Below, one piece after another: positions 52,927-64,000 of a DNA stretch of 64,000 bases. Below the pieces are notes generated by a model. The model was not told where the DNA came from and ran no database searches. It worked only from the letters and a program-made list of their open reading frames with translations. Position 1 is the first letter of the stretch. Each line of letters opens with the position of its first letter. The position numbers were made by a program, and so were the translations under genes. Source of the DNA: Octopus bimaculoides (lineage: Eukaryota). The stretch spans positions 100,105,564 to 100,169,563 of the forward strand of contig NC_068981.1 of assembly GCF_001194135.2 (NCBI RefSeq). Direction: 5' to 3'.

Positions 52927-53115
52927 TCTCTCCCTCCACCACTTGACAACTAGTGTTTGTGTATTTATGTCCCCATAACCTAGCAGTTTGGCAAGAGAGA
53001 CCAATAAAAATAAGTACTAGGCTTTAAAAAAATGAACTGGGGTCAATCTATTTGACTGAAAATTCTTCAAGGTGGTGCCCCAGTATGGCCACAGTCTAAT
53101 GACTGAAACAAGCAA
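52686..53115 (+). mobile_element. SINE family A, CpG-depleted, with expanded (TG)n
   Basis: catggctgtgtggtaaaaagc ... gactgaaacaagcaaaaaa. Confidence 0.8.
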
Positions 53116-53129
53116 AAAATATAAAAGAT

Positions 53130-53830
53130 AAAAATTGAATGGTATTTTCAGACAAGGCAAAGTATATATTCAGGTTTGTAACTCCCAAATGTTGAAATAC
53201 AAATTGGAAAATCCTGCTGTACAATTCAATTTTTAGTCTAAATGTTGGAATGAATATAACCAAAATGTTAGAACAAATATTTCCAAAGAGTTCTTGGGTT
53301 AGTCTCACTCTATTTTGATAAAGAACATAGCTATCATAAGATCTCTAATAGAAATTCCATTAAAGTATCTCATTAAAGTTGCAAAAATGTTGGCAGATCT
53401 ATAAATTTAATTAATGCAGAGCATGTGTTAAATAATAGTAATATCAAAACTAAGAGCAGGTGTAATTGTAGAAATTCTTATATGCTTAATGGAAATTGTC
53501 TTGCCAGTTCCTTGCTATACTGTGACAAGGTGGAACTGAACGACAGCTTGTAACTGAAATCTTACATCAGATCAACAGGAAATGAATTTAAGATTAGATT
53601 TTATTGACACAAATACTTGTTGGTCTATCCAAACAGAAAATTTGCTTGCAGACTTTTGGAACACATTTGGAGATTAAGGAAAAATAGAGACAGTACCTTC
53701 AATATAAAATGGTCACTCCTTGTTTTTGCATCTATTTACATGTCATGGAATTGGCAAAAAGATGCTGACTTGTCATCTTTGTTTAACAGAAAAGATTTTG
53801 AACTATTATAGAGTGTGAACAACTTGAACT
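53130..53830 (+). mobile_element. Penelope-like element fossil (RT thumb/linker to GIY-YIG C-terminus)
   Basis: WNEYNQNVRTNISKEFLG..FDKEHSYHKISNRNSIKVS and LLEHIWRLRKNRDSTFNIKWSLL match motifs I recall for PLEs (NPPYS..V.TNIG..FL, HKIFNRNT.KVSYSC, LSKHIW.LK......I.W.I). Confidence 0.7.
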
Positions 53831-54581
53831 TACATAGCAGCATTTTGGATACATACTTACAAAACTCAAAAAGGTTATTTAGTAATTTTCAGAAAGCAAA
53901 TCCTCTCTAAGAATATTCACAAGACGTTTCTGGCAGTTTCTTTTGTTTTCTATTTAACTATTCCATATGTGCAATGGTGTGTGCAGGTTGATCACCTCAC
54001 ATGATTTTTATGAATGAAAACCTGTACTTTGAAATTGTTCCCAAATCACCATTTTACTAAGAGATTCTGTAAATTTTTCATGCTTTTTGTCTATTCCTTT
54101 GTCTTCATATCTTATTTCTTTATCATTATTGTATCTGAATGTGAATAACATTTTATGAATGGCCTAAAAAGCCTTCAGTTAACAAGACTGAATCATATCA
54201 TTATTTAATTTATTTATTTATTGTATTTTATTTTATATGTACACTCAAATATTTCCCTTTTTTATACATAAACAATAAAACATTTTTATCTACTTATTCA
54301 AATATATCTTTACATATGCAACCAGTCATACAATTCCTATTTTTGCTTTCATTTTTCTGAATATTCCTTTTAATGCTTACTGTTGTAAGCTCTTATAACT
54401 CCATTATGCTCCATAATCCATAAGTTCATATCATACTAACACTAGTGTTGTTTACCAGACAGGCAGAACACCAGTGCTAGTCACTTTACACACGACAGAC
54501 AGCTTAACCCATGAGAAGAAATTCATGATATACACAAGTAAGGAGACAATATTGCTAATCTTCTCTTCTCAGATTTTAGTT

Positions 54582-54816
54582 TTAACCCTTTAACATTCAG
54601 ATTACTCTGTCAAATGTAATACTTATTTATTTCCATTGTTTTCACAACAATCATGCATTATCTCATAGCTTTGAGATTTTGATGATGTGATGGTCATTGT
54701 TTATTTTTAGAATGACATTGTAGGGTAAATGTGAGAGGCTGGATCTGGCAAGTTTCACCATAAAACTGTAAGAATATTTTGGCTGAATGTGGCTGCTTTA
54801 AATGCTAAAGGATTAA
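54582..54816. mobile_element. TTAA-flanked (piggyBac-like) MITE
   Basis: ttaaccctttaacatt ... aatgctaaaggattaa. Confidence 0.75.
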
Positions 54817-54949
54817 TCACTGATTCCAGCAAAATATCATGTAATAATTCAAATAGAGTTCCATGTACAAGGTGTCAGTAATGCTGATAAACTGAAAGTT
54901 TCCAAAACTTAAAAGCCCCAAATTCATGAAGCTACTGTTCAAAGTGATG

Positions 54950-55330
54950 CCATACAGAATAAATCCAACAATAGTCAGTGATTTAATGTCTTTCAAAATC
55001 TCAGAAGTTCCAGATGTTTTTAAACTGTCTGAAATCTGCCCATGACTTTTGATCCATTCTATCTTAATTTCTTTGCTGATCATCATTTATTTTGCACTTG
55101 CTACATTAACTTTAAAATGATGATCACTAACAAGATTAGATGAATTCAAAGTCCTTATAAGTGAGTTTTCAATTTGACAATCTGGGCTGCTGGAATATAT
55201 CTTGTGCCATAGCAGCTATTAAAGCAGCAACATCAAACACTTCCTTGAATGCAAGAGCATCTGAAGCTAATGGGTCCTTTCTTACAAAAGCCATGAATGT
55301 CAATAAAATTATAATATATATTAGACTCCA
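54950..55330 (-). mobile_element. Ty1/copia RNase H relic
   Basis: FVRKDPLASDALAFKEVFDVAALIAAMAQDIF, then after a frameshift ENSLIRTLNSSNLVSDHHFKVNVASAK*MMISKEIKIEWIKSHGQISDSLKTSG. This resembles copia VRSTLAAETLA..D / SL..N..S...V....R..IA..KE.......I.W.....QLAD.LTK.G. Confidence 0.65.
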
Positions 55331-55399
55331 CATCTGTCTTTTGTTCTTCATTTGGCAAAATGGTCAATTTTATGAACTATAATAAAATGTATTTACACA

Positions 55400-56042
55400 G
55401 AAGCAAGGGATAAACAAGTACGTCATTTTTCTATATAGTCTCCTTCCTTTTTGATGCATTTGGTCCAGCAATTCACAAGCTTGCATATTCCCTCCAAGAA
55501 GGTGGTTTTCAGTTGATTGTACAACCATTCATGCACCACTTCCTTTATGTCTTCGTCCACAGGAAATCGATGATCTTGTAAACCATCTGAGCAGTCCAAA
55601 GATATGATAATCAGATGGGCGAGATCTGGGCTGTAGGCAGGGTGTTTCAGTGCCTCAAAACCCAACTGGTTAATGCTTTCAATGGTCTGGGCAGCTATGT
55701 GTGGGCATGCATTGTCACGAACAACAAAACTTCCTTCGACAATAGGCTTCGTTGTCTGGTGCGAATTGCTGGCTTCAGTTTGTTGGCCAGCAAAGCACTG
55801 TATCTTGCATTGTTGATCACACACTGTTGATTGAATCACTGCTATTTGCTCTTCTTTGGCGAACATTGCTAGTGGAGCAGCTATACTTACATTATAAAGC
55901 CAGAAAGAAAAATGGCATGATCAGGATCAAACTTTGATCACATAACCACAATAGTACCAACTATATGCATGCATGCACAGAAGGCAGTGTGACAATAATA
56001 AAGACATGTTATGGTGAAAGTACAGATAATTTTTCACTTCCC

Positions 56043-56047
<5 letters not shown>
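55400..56047 (-). mobile_element. Mariner (DD34D-type) internally deleted derivative
   Basis: DNACPHIAAQTIESINQLGFEALKHPAYSPDLA..WTKCIKKEGDYIEK, with 5' terminus tatgaggggaagtgaaaattatc. Confidence 0.88.
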
Positions 56048-56087
<40 letters not shown>

Positions 56088-56090
<3 letters not shown>

Positions 56091-56250
56091 AGCGTAAGCA
56101 TATAAATGTGAAACAAAGTGGAAAAAAATAGTACTCAAATACCAGAGGTAGAGTAATATGCTTTATTATTCAAGCTGCAAAAACATCACAAAAATATCCC
56201 AAAAAACTGCTACTCAGAGTTTCCCGTTCCTGTTTGTTGGACAGTTGTGA
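56088..56250 (-). mobile_element. Decayed single-arm copy of the hammerhead-bearing repeat at 2182
   Basis: Same head as 2182-2250. Minus strand 56205-56246 reads aactgt CCAACAA acaggaacgg GAAA ctc t gag TA gcagtt. Confidence 0.7.
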
Positions 56251-56330
56251 TTGAGAATGGGACAAGAATTAAGGTTATATGTATAAATATCATCATCATC
56301 ATCATCGTCGTCATCGTTATATATATATTC

Positions 56331-56451
56331 CTTTCTGTTGAAGAGCATAGGCTCAAAACATAAAGACTTTCTCACTTTCTCAAGCATCAAACTAATACAC
56401 CAGCTTGTTGTCCATCCCCCTGTCTTCGTCTTTTGTTTTTCTATAAATTTC

Positions 56452-56460
<9 letters not shown>
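56331..56460 (+). mobile_element. Penelope-type terminal repeat with a decayed hammerhead-like motif
   Basis: cttt CTGTTGA a GAGC atag GCTC AAAAC ATA aag. Same architecture as 1770-1810. Confidence 0.45.
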
Positions 56461-56504
<44 letters not shown>

Positions 56505-56569
56505 CATCACAAACACACACATATGTATGTATATACTTATGAAGATGTATCAAAAAAAGGATCGAAGGT

Positions 56570-56795
56570 CCTTCTTACGCTATAAGGTCATAAGGCTGAT
56601 TTCCTGGATTCTGTGACGTATATACTCCACCACTGGACAAGAAGTTGGTCTGTCACAAGATTGCTTATTTTTGCCAGCTGAGTGAACTGGAGCAACATGA
56701 AATAAAGTGTTTTGCTCCAGAATACAACACACCGCTTGGACCAGGAATCAAAACCATAGTCTTACAATTATGAGTGCAACTTCCCTAACCATGTG
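56570..56795 (-). mobile_element. Old tRNA-headed SINE
   Basis: Minus-strand head ggttagggaagttgcactc...ggttttgattcctgg, followed by gtgttgtattctggagcaaaacactttatttcatgttgctccagttcactcagctg. Confidence 0.6.
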
Positions 56796-58206
56796 CTTCC
56801 AGATGTATATGTGTGTGTGTGTGTGTGTGCATATAAATATAAATAGACACACACACACATTCATACACATGCACACACACACACACACACGTTCATGGCA
56901 TGCAAAAAATATATTGTGATATGATGAAATCCACCAGGATTTAATGGTTCAAAATTTTAAATCTGGCATTGAGGACTTTATCAACTATAAAACTATTACT
57001 AAGAACCTTTGCAACTTCATGCAGAATGCATGGTCTGCTTGCCATTATAGCAGTTTAATCTGAAAATGATATTGTGAAAACCACAAAAAGTCAGACTAAT
57101 GGATTTTGAAGTATTATTGTTTCAAACTAAACATAAAATACAAATAAGGAAATTGGAAAAACTTTTGATAAAAAATATCACTCTTGAACATGGTCATATT
57201 TTTAATGTCTGTTTGCAAGAAAACCTGTTCCTTATTTACACAAATGTGTGTGTGTGTGTGTATTAATTTTACTTCTGTTAGCAATGAAAGGTGGAGTTCA
57301 AACAAACTGAGTGAATGGGTGGATAATGAAGACACTGGCTAATGTTTGCAAAGTTCAGATGATTTCTCTATGTGATGTAAATAGATGATGAATGCTAAAC
57401 ATTTTGAGAGTGTAAAAGCACTTGAAGCAAGGTTAGATCAAAGAGATCATAGGAGAGAAACAGTGAGATCAAATCACTGAATGTTGAATCTTGTGGACAA
57501 GTTATGAAGACTGTTGTACTGGAGATCAAGCCAATCACATCTACTTATCTATTTAATGATGATGATGATGACAATGACAATGATGATGATGAATGGATGT
57601 TTATGATAACAACAACAACAATAATAATAATAATAATAACAATGATTTCAAATTTTTACACAAGGTCAGCAATTCCGAGGGAGGGTGTAAGTCAATTATA
57701 TCAATCACAGTGCTCATCTGGTATTTATTTTATTGACCCCAAAAGGATGTAAGGCAAAGTGGACCATGGCAGAATTTTTACATGTTATTATCTTTAGCTT
57801 TATCTGCTTCAAGCTTCAGTGTTCTAAAAAAGAATTATTTTTTGTTCTCTTGAAGTTTCTAAATTCTAATGACATCAATGATATATGTATGTGTGTATGT
57901 GTATGTAGCCATTATTATTATCATTGTTTTTACGTCCTCTTTTCTTTGATAACATGAGTTAGAAGGGATATCTTGATGCTGTATTTTATGACTAGGTGCT
58001 CTTTTTGATCCTCCCACCACCAACTCTTATTTGATTTCAAGGAAAGTATTTTTTTAGTCTTTGGACTTATATGCTGAGCTGCAGAACATTATTTATACAA
58101 GGATATCCACAAACACTTCTAGTCACTACTGTTCAAGGGGTGCCTTTAGAAAGCTGTACAGAGATAGGCACATACACACATGTACACAAATACACACCCA
58201 CATACA

Positions 58207-58362
58207 TACTAGCATAGTTGGTGGTGGGGAGCAGTCCACCCCAGGCAACACTTATCATCCTGTTGTAGGTTATTACTGTAGGCAATATGTGTTTTTTGTG
58301 GGGTCTGGAGGCAGCAAATGGAAGGGCTGCCCCAGGCAGCACACACTCTAGCTATGCTAGTG
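58207..58362. mobile_element. hAT-type MITE with perfect 8-bp TSD
   Basis: TIRs tactagcatagtt / agctatgctagtg and TSD cacataca on both sides. Confidence 0.8.
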
Positions 58363-58661
58363 CACATACATATAGATAATATAAGCAATTTGTATTAGGA
58401 AATGAAGATAATGCAAGTAAAATGATTTTAATGTTATAATAATGTCTCTATAGTGTTTTAATTAATAGCTGCATATTCCTTCAATTTGTAATATTATAAG
58501 TAATAAAATTAAGTAATGTCTTTACTTTTACTTGTTGATTCTTAACAATCAACAAGTAATGGTGGATTAAGAGATATTACCTGAATAGTAATCAAAGTGA
58601 AATTATTCATAGTAATGAAGTAATTGATGGAATATCCAGCCATCACACACACACACACACA

Positions 58662-58699
<38 letters not shown>

Positions 58700-59253
58700 C
58701 ATATATGTATCTATAGATAGACAGACAGACAGACAGATAAAATAGATACTGCTTGTGTTTTGGGTTTTTTAAAATTAAAATTGTTTTCTCTTCTTTGCTT
58801 ACACATACACGCTTTGGGATTGATTGTAAATATAATTTAACATATTTTAAATGAAAACCATTGGAATAATATGCATAGCATTTACATGAAGTAAATCATC
58901 AGCTCTTATGAATTTGGCCAACTAGAGGATAAACACACTCTAGCTATGCTAGTGCACATACATATAGATAATATAAGCTATTTATATCAGGAAATGAAGA
59001 TAATGTAAGTAAAATGATTTTAATGTTAGAATAATGTCTCTATAATGTTTTAATTAATAGCTACATATTCCTTCAATTTGTAATATTATAAGTAATAAAA
59101 TTAAGTAATGTCTTTACTTTTACTTGTTGATTCTTAACAATCAACAAGTAATGATGGATTAAGAGATATTACCTGAAGAGCAACCAAAGTGAAATTATTC
59201 ATAGTAATGAAGTAATTGATGGAATATCCAGCCATCACAAACACAAACACACA

Positions 59254-59298
<45 letters not shown>

Positions 59299-59693
59299 AT
59301 TTGTATATAAGCATATATATATGTATGTATGGATGGATGGAGGAGGGAGGGAGGGATGGATAGATAGATGGAGATATATATGTGTGTGTGTGTGTGTGTG
59401 GAGAGAGAGAGAGAGAGAGAGAGGGTGGGGAAGAGATAGATAGAAAGGTACATAGAAAGATAAATGGCTAGATATATAGAAAGACCGATGATAGATAAAA
59501 CAGACACTGCTTGTATTTTGGGTTTTTTTAAAATTAAAAGTGTTTTCTCTTCTTTGCTCATACATAAACATGCTTTGAGATTGATTGTAAATATAATTTA
59601 ACATATTCAAATGAAAACCATTGCAATAAAATGCATATCATTTACATGAAGTAAAATCATCAGCTCTTATGAATTTGGCCAACTAGAGGATAA
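58341..59693. repeat. Tandem segmental duplication (58341-58932 and 58933-59693)
   Basis: Units are highly similar; the length difference comes from internal microsatellites. Each unit has a 12-bp-arm hairpin tacttgttgatt-cttaac-aatcaacaagta. Confidence 0.92.
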
Positions 59694-59882
59694 ACGTAGA
59701 TCAGTGTATCATTGATAAATTAATCAAATCTATACACAACCAGGTGAAAACCATGATAAGCAAAAAGAGCCTACAAAATAATAAGACAAACTTTCAATTA
59801 CTTTGGATAAATTTTTATGAAGTTATTACAATTTAAATTAATGTATTTTATTACCTAGGGTATGATGTTACTGTAACGTACT

Positions 59883-59938
<56 letters not shown>

Positions 59939-60993
59939 GTAACAGCTACATATATATATGTATGTACACACACATATATATATATATACATACATATATA
60001 TATACTTGTATTTATAGATCTCTACCAAAAATTTGGTAAAAATATTGTACCTGTTATCAACGTAGCAAAATTCTCATATGAAAGTTTGTTAATCATACAA
60101 TTTTGTGTGCATATCAATTTAAATAAGAGCTATAATGCGATCCATCATAAAAACTTTATTATGACCTATGCACATTTCGATGCAATATCCCGACTCACTC
60201 CTGTATGTTATAAAAAAAATGGAATATTGTGTCTCTTCAGGGTCAGATTTGATTAATTCATAGCAGACAGTAAATAACAGACAGCATTAATAGTTGTCCT
60301 TAAATTACATGTGTATAAACAGGTTGAAATGACATGAAACATATTGACACTGCATACAATATCGGTTAAGAAAACCGTTACATAGTAAAGTAAGTAAGTA
60401 AGTAGTGTAGAACACTACTTACAGGGTAGCAAAACTATACAGAGTTATACTAACAGTGGCCTAGCATGTAAAAAAGTCAATAGACAACATATTCCATATA
60501 AAATACAAGAGAAATTACCCATAACAGGTAACTTCTAAACGCTAGAAGACAGTCAAAAGTCTGAATGGTGAGTGTATGGCAGTTGTGGTGGTGATGGTGG
60601 TGGTACTGGTAATGTTGTTTATCATGCAGCTTTGCAATAAGTTCCAAGTCAACAAATTATACCATTGTTTTGATGAAAATTGTTCATTGCTTGAAAAATA
60701 TTAGTCGAGTTTAATAAAATTTAATATGTACTTGAAGTGTCATTGTTGGGCTCAAGGCTCAATGAAGAGCCCTCCACAGGAGCTAGCTTAAAAGTTGCCT
60801 GATGGGCAGTTTTTAACCTTGTACATACATATATCAATAAATATGCATACATGTTTTTTGTATGCATGTGTGCATGTGAGTGTGTGAGTGAGAGAGAGAG
60901 AGAGAGTGAATTCCATTTAGACATCACTCTCTCTCTCACATACAAAAAAGATGTATGCATATGTACTTATGTATGTATATATACATGACAACA

Positions 60994-61030
<37 letters not shown>

Positions 61031-61322
61031 AATACACACACACATATAAATGTATACAAACGTATATACAAAAACACATGCGTTCATGTGTGACTGACTA
61101 CAAATACATAGAGCTGAACACAGCATGCAGAAAATAAATAAATAAAATTTTTTTACGGAAATGAATGAAGTGTGCAGGTTCAAGCGAAAAAACGCCCATA
61201 TTTTTTGAATGCCCCATATTGAATTGCAAAATTCTAATGTGATATTTGTGTAATAACGAAATCAAACTTAGAGGGTGTATGTGTGTTTATATCACAGAGC
61301 CAGTGTGTATGTTTATATTAGA

Positions 61323-61324
<2 letters not shown>

Positions 61325-61417
<93 letters not shown>

Positions 61418-61430
61418 AGAGAGAGAGAGA
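61325..61430. repeat. (TG)n/(GA)n microsatellite
   Basis: Directly visible. Confidence 0.95.
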
Positions 61431-61986
61431 GGGGTGTGTGAGAGAACATAGCAAACAATGAATGAAATAAACATGAAATGAAAAAATTGTATAAATAAAA
61501 GCTCATTAAAAACCAACTTGTACCAAATATTTAAATTTGTGAACTTAGCAAATATTTCTTTCAGTAATTTATCACAGTTGTTTGCAAATAGTGAATGAGA
61601 ACTTGAAATGAAAACATAGAAATGTGAGTGAGAGACTTTGAAAATGAAAATGGAAATGGAAAATTTCACTGTTGCTACATCAATACCGGAAGTTGACATT
61701 GAGAAACCTTTTTAAAGAAGTGAATCATATATATAAAACAATATTATTTATTTTTAATTAAAAAAATAAACTGAAGACCCTATTATGTATCCTAGTTGAA
61801 ATTATTCATGCATCCCAAGTATGGAAGCAATTTGTGCAGCTGTTTTCACATGAAAAGCATATACACACACGCAGAGGTTTATTTCATATAAGATATATAG
61901 AGAGAGATTCAAGGTGAATATGGTACTTAAGTTTAGGCACCAGAATTAAGTATGGTATTATCCATACAAATTCAAAATAAGGTGAT

Positions 61987-62644
61987 TAAAATCAAAATAA
62001 GCAACAAGGATATCCAAAGTTAATGCAGTATGATCGTTTCATGCGACTTCATTTTTTTAAGCAATGTGAACATTACATCAAATATAAAATGCAGAGCAAT
62101 CCTCAGCTGCACAAGGATATAGAAATTTACTGAAATTACATTTCAACAGAAGGACATATTTTTATAACTACATTTAAACTCTCCAAGTAGAAAGGAAGAA
62201 TACAAAAAAAACATTTTGACTTCGCCAGACCATACTTAGGAGGGCACTAGCATTTTCTTCCCCACAAAGAAAATGCTAGTGCCCTCTTAAGTTTTGAATT
62301 ACTAGGTCTGATAAGATGATCCATAAATCAGAAACAAAAAAAAAACAAATAAAATCAGTAACAGCTAAAAATCTGCTTAGAATTAATTACTAGCCTGTAT
62401 GGTCTAGCTAAGTGAAAATGTTTTTTTTTTGTATTCTTCCTTTCTACTTGGAGAGTTTAAATGTAGTTATAAAAATATGTCCTTCTGTTGAATTGTAATT
62501 TCAGTAAATTTCTATATCTTTGTGAAGCTGAGGATTGCTCTGCATTTTATATTTGATGTAATGTTCACATTGCTTAAATAAATGGAGTCGCATGAAATGA
62601 TCGTACTGCATTAACTTTGGATATCCTTGTTGCTTATTTTGATT

Positions 62645-62647
<3 letters not shown>
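61987..62647. repeat. Long inverted repeat (arms of about 250 bp) with a nested 20-bp perfect hairpin
   Basis: Arms about 61987-62235 and 62397-62647. Inner hairpin 62240-62259 / 62267-62286 with loop ccccaca. Confidence 0.9.
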
Positions 62648-62688
<41 letters not shown>

Positions 62689-62818
62689 GATATATATACA
62701 TACAGATACACATGACAGAAGTAAAACATTGTTTTATGTTTATTCTAACTTGTAAAGTTTTATATTTCTTATTAGTTGACATTTTTATGTTTTAGGTTCT
62801 ATATGTGACTGATTAGTC

Positions 62819-63835
62819 ATGCCATGTATAAAAGAAGCTTTGGAACTCTTTGAATTTCAAAGAAGCCATATTGTGGGTCATTTTGAAGGTGGACATAGTC
62901 AGTGTAAAATCGTAAAAAACCTTGGGATCCCACTTTCTACAGTTAACAGAGTGATTGTGCAATTCACCAGATAGGGGAAGGAGTCCACATCAACTCACCT
63001 AGATCAACCAGAGCCCTCTGACAGGACCCTTCTCTTTGTTAAGAGAAGTGTGGAGGATAATCCTCGTTGGAAGGTCTCTGACAAAGCAGAACAAGTTGAT
63101 ATCAGTCCCAGAACAGCTGTCAGGTATCTCCACAAACTTGGTTACTATGGCAAAGCAACAAGAAGGAAGCCACTTCTTTGACCAGCCAACATCAAGAGGG
63201 GAAAGGATAGGGCCAGCGAGATGGTGGCGTGGCCACTAGTATTTTGGGACACTGTCATATTTTTTGATAAGTCCAGATTTGCTTTATTTCCAGACAGTGG
63301 TCGAGTGTGGGTTTGGAAACTCATGATCAAGAATTTGATGTATTGCAGCCAACAATGAAACATGGCAGCTATTCTATGATGGTCTGGGGAGCTATTTGGA
63401 GCAATGGTTGATCAGTGCTGGTGGAGTGTGAGGGAAACATAAACTCAGATAAATATGTGTCCATATTGCAGAAAGAACTCTTTCCAATCTTCTCCAGTGG
63501 TGAAATGATTAAAGAAGACTTTTTTATTTATGGAAGATGGGGCTCCTTGTCACACGGCTAAAATGACCCAAGATTTGTTGGCAAAGAATGGGATTAAAAA
63601 GCTTCCATCGCCAAGCCAGTCACCAGATATGAACCCTATAGAACACCTCTGAGACATAATGCACAAGACACTTCATAAAAAGAACAAGAAAGCATCTTCA
63701 AAGCCAGATCTTTTAAGATTACTGCATGAAACTTGGCAAGAAATTTCCACAAGAGAATATTCGTCATCTGATCAGTAAAATGGCTAATAGGGTCCTTGCA
63801 TTGAAAATGCAAAGGGCATGTCTACTAGATATTAA
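62819..63835 (+). mobile_element. Tc1-family (DD34E) transposase pseudogene, near full length
   Basis: HTH ([12 protein letters not shown]), RRKPLL, MVWGAI, MEDGAPCHTAK..SQSPDMNPIEHL, with 34 residues between D and E. Stops and frameshifts present. Confidence 0.92.
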
Positions 63836-63887
63836 ATATTCACATTATAACAATTAATAAATAATTTGAATGTCTATTTACATTTGT

Positions 63888-63890
<3 letters not shown>

Positions 63891-63968
<78 letters not shown>
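63891..63968. repeat. (TG)n microsatellite
   Basis: Directly visible. Confidence 0.95.
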
Positions 63969-63971
<3 letters not shown>

Positions 63972-64000
63972 ATATGAGGGGTTTAGTTCACTGGTGATCT

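Noticed and set aside
55150-55372. Selenoprotein-like reading HGFCKKGPISFRCSCIQGSV-UGA-CCCFNSCYG
   Set aside because: It is an alternative frame of the copia RNase H relic; no SECIS was identified and the locus is full of stops.
1-64000. CRISPR arrays, rRNA genes, operons or prokaryotic defence systems
   Set aside because: The DNA is eukaryotic, and no regularly spaced repeat-spacer array or rRNA-like sequence was seen.

Overview
AT-rich eukaryotic genomic DNA with dense microsatellites and six N-gaps. The repeat families resemble those I recall from cephalopods, most likely Octopus; this is recognition, not a database result. No long intact gene is present, and almost all ORFs in the supplied track are microsatellite, low-complexity or transposon artefacts. 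The window is mostly decayed mobile elements: at least three tRNA-derived SINE families, an R4/Dong-type RLE LINE, RTE and Jockey/CR1-like LINE fragments, Penelope-like remnants, a copia RNase H relic, mariner, maT (DD37D), Tc1 (DD34E), Tigger/pogo and hAT fossils, hAT and TTAA MITEs, and a non-autonomous Helitron. Scattered short exons with canonical splice sites suggest an unidentified, intron-rich host gene on the minus strand, but this is tentative. The best unexplained signal is a pair of minimal type I hammerhead ribozymes in a near-perfect inverted repeat of about 77 bp per arm (2401-2559), with decayed relatives elsewhere in the window. Other highlights are a SINE whose 3' end joins GAAAC at three separate junctions, a 660-bp nested palindrome at 62 kb, and a marked CpG-rich versus CpG-poor domain structure.
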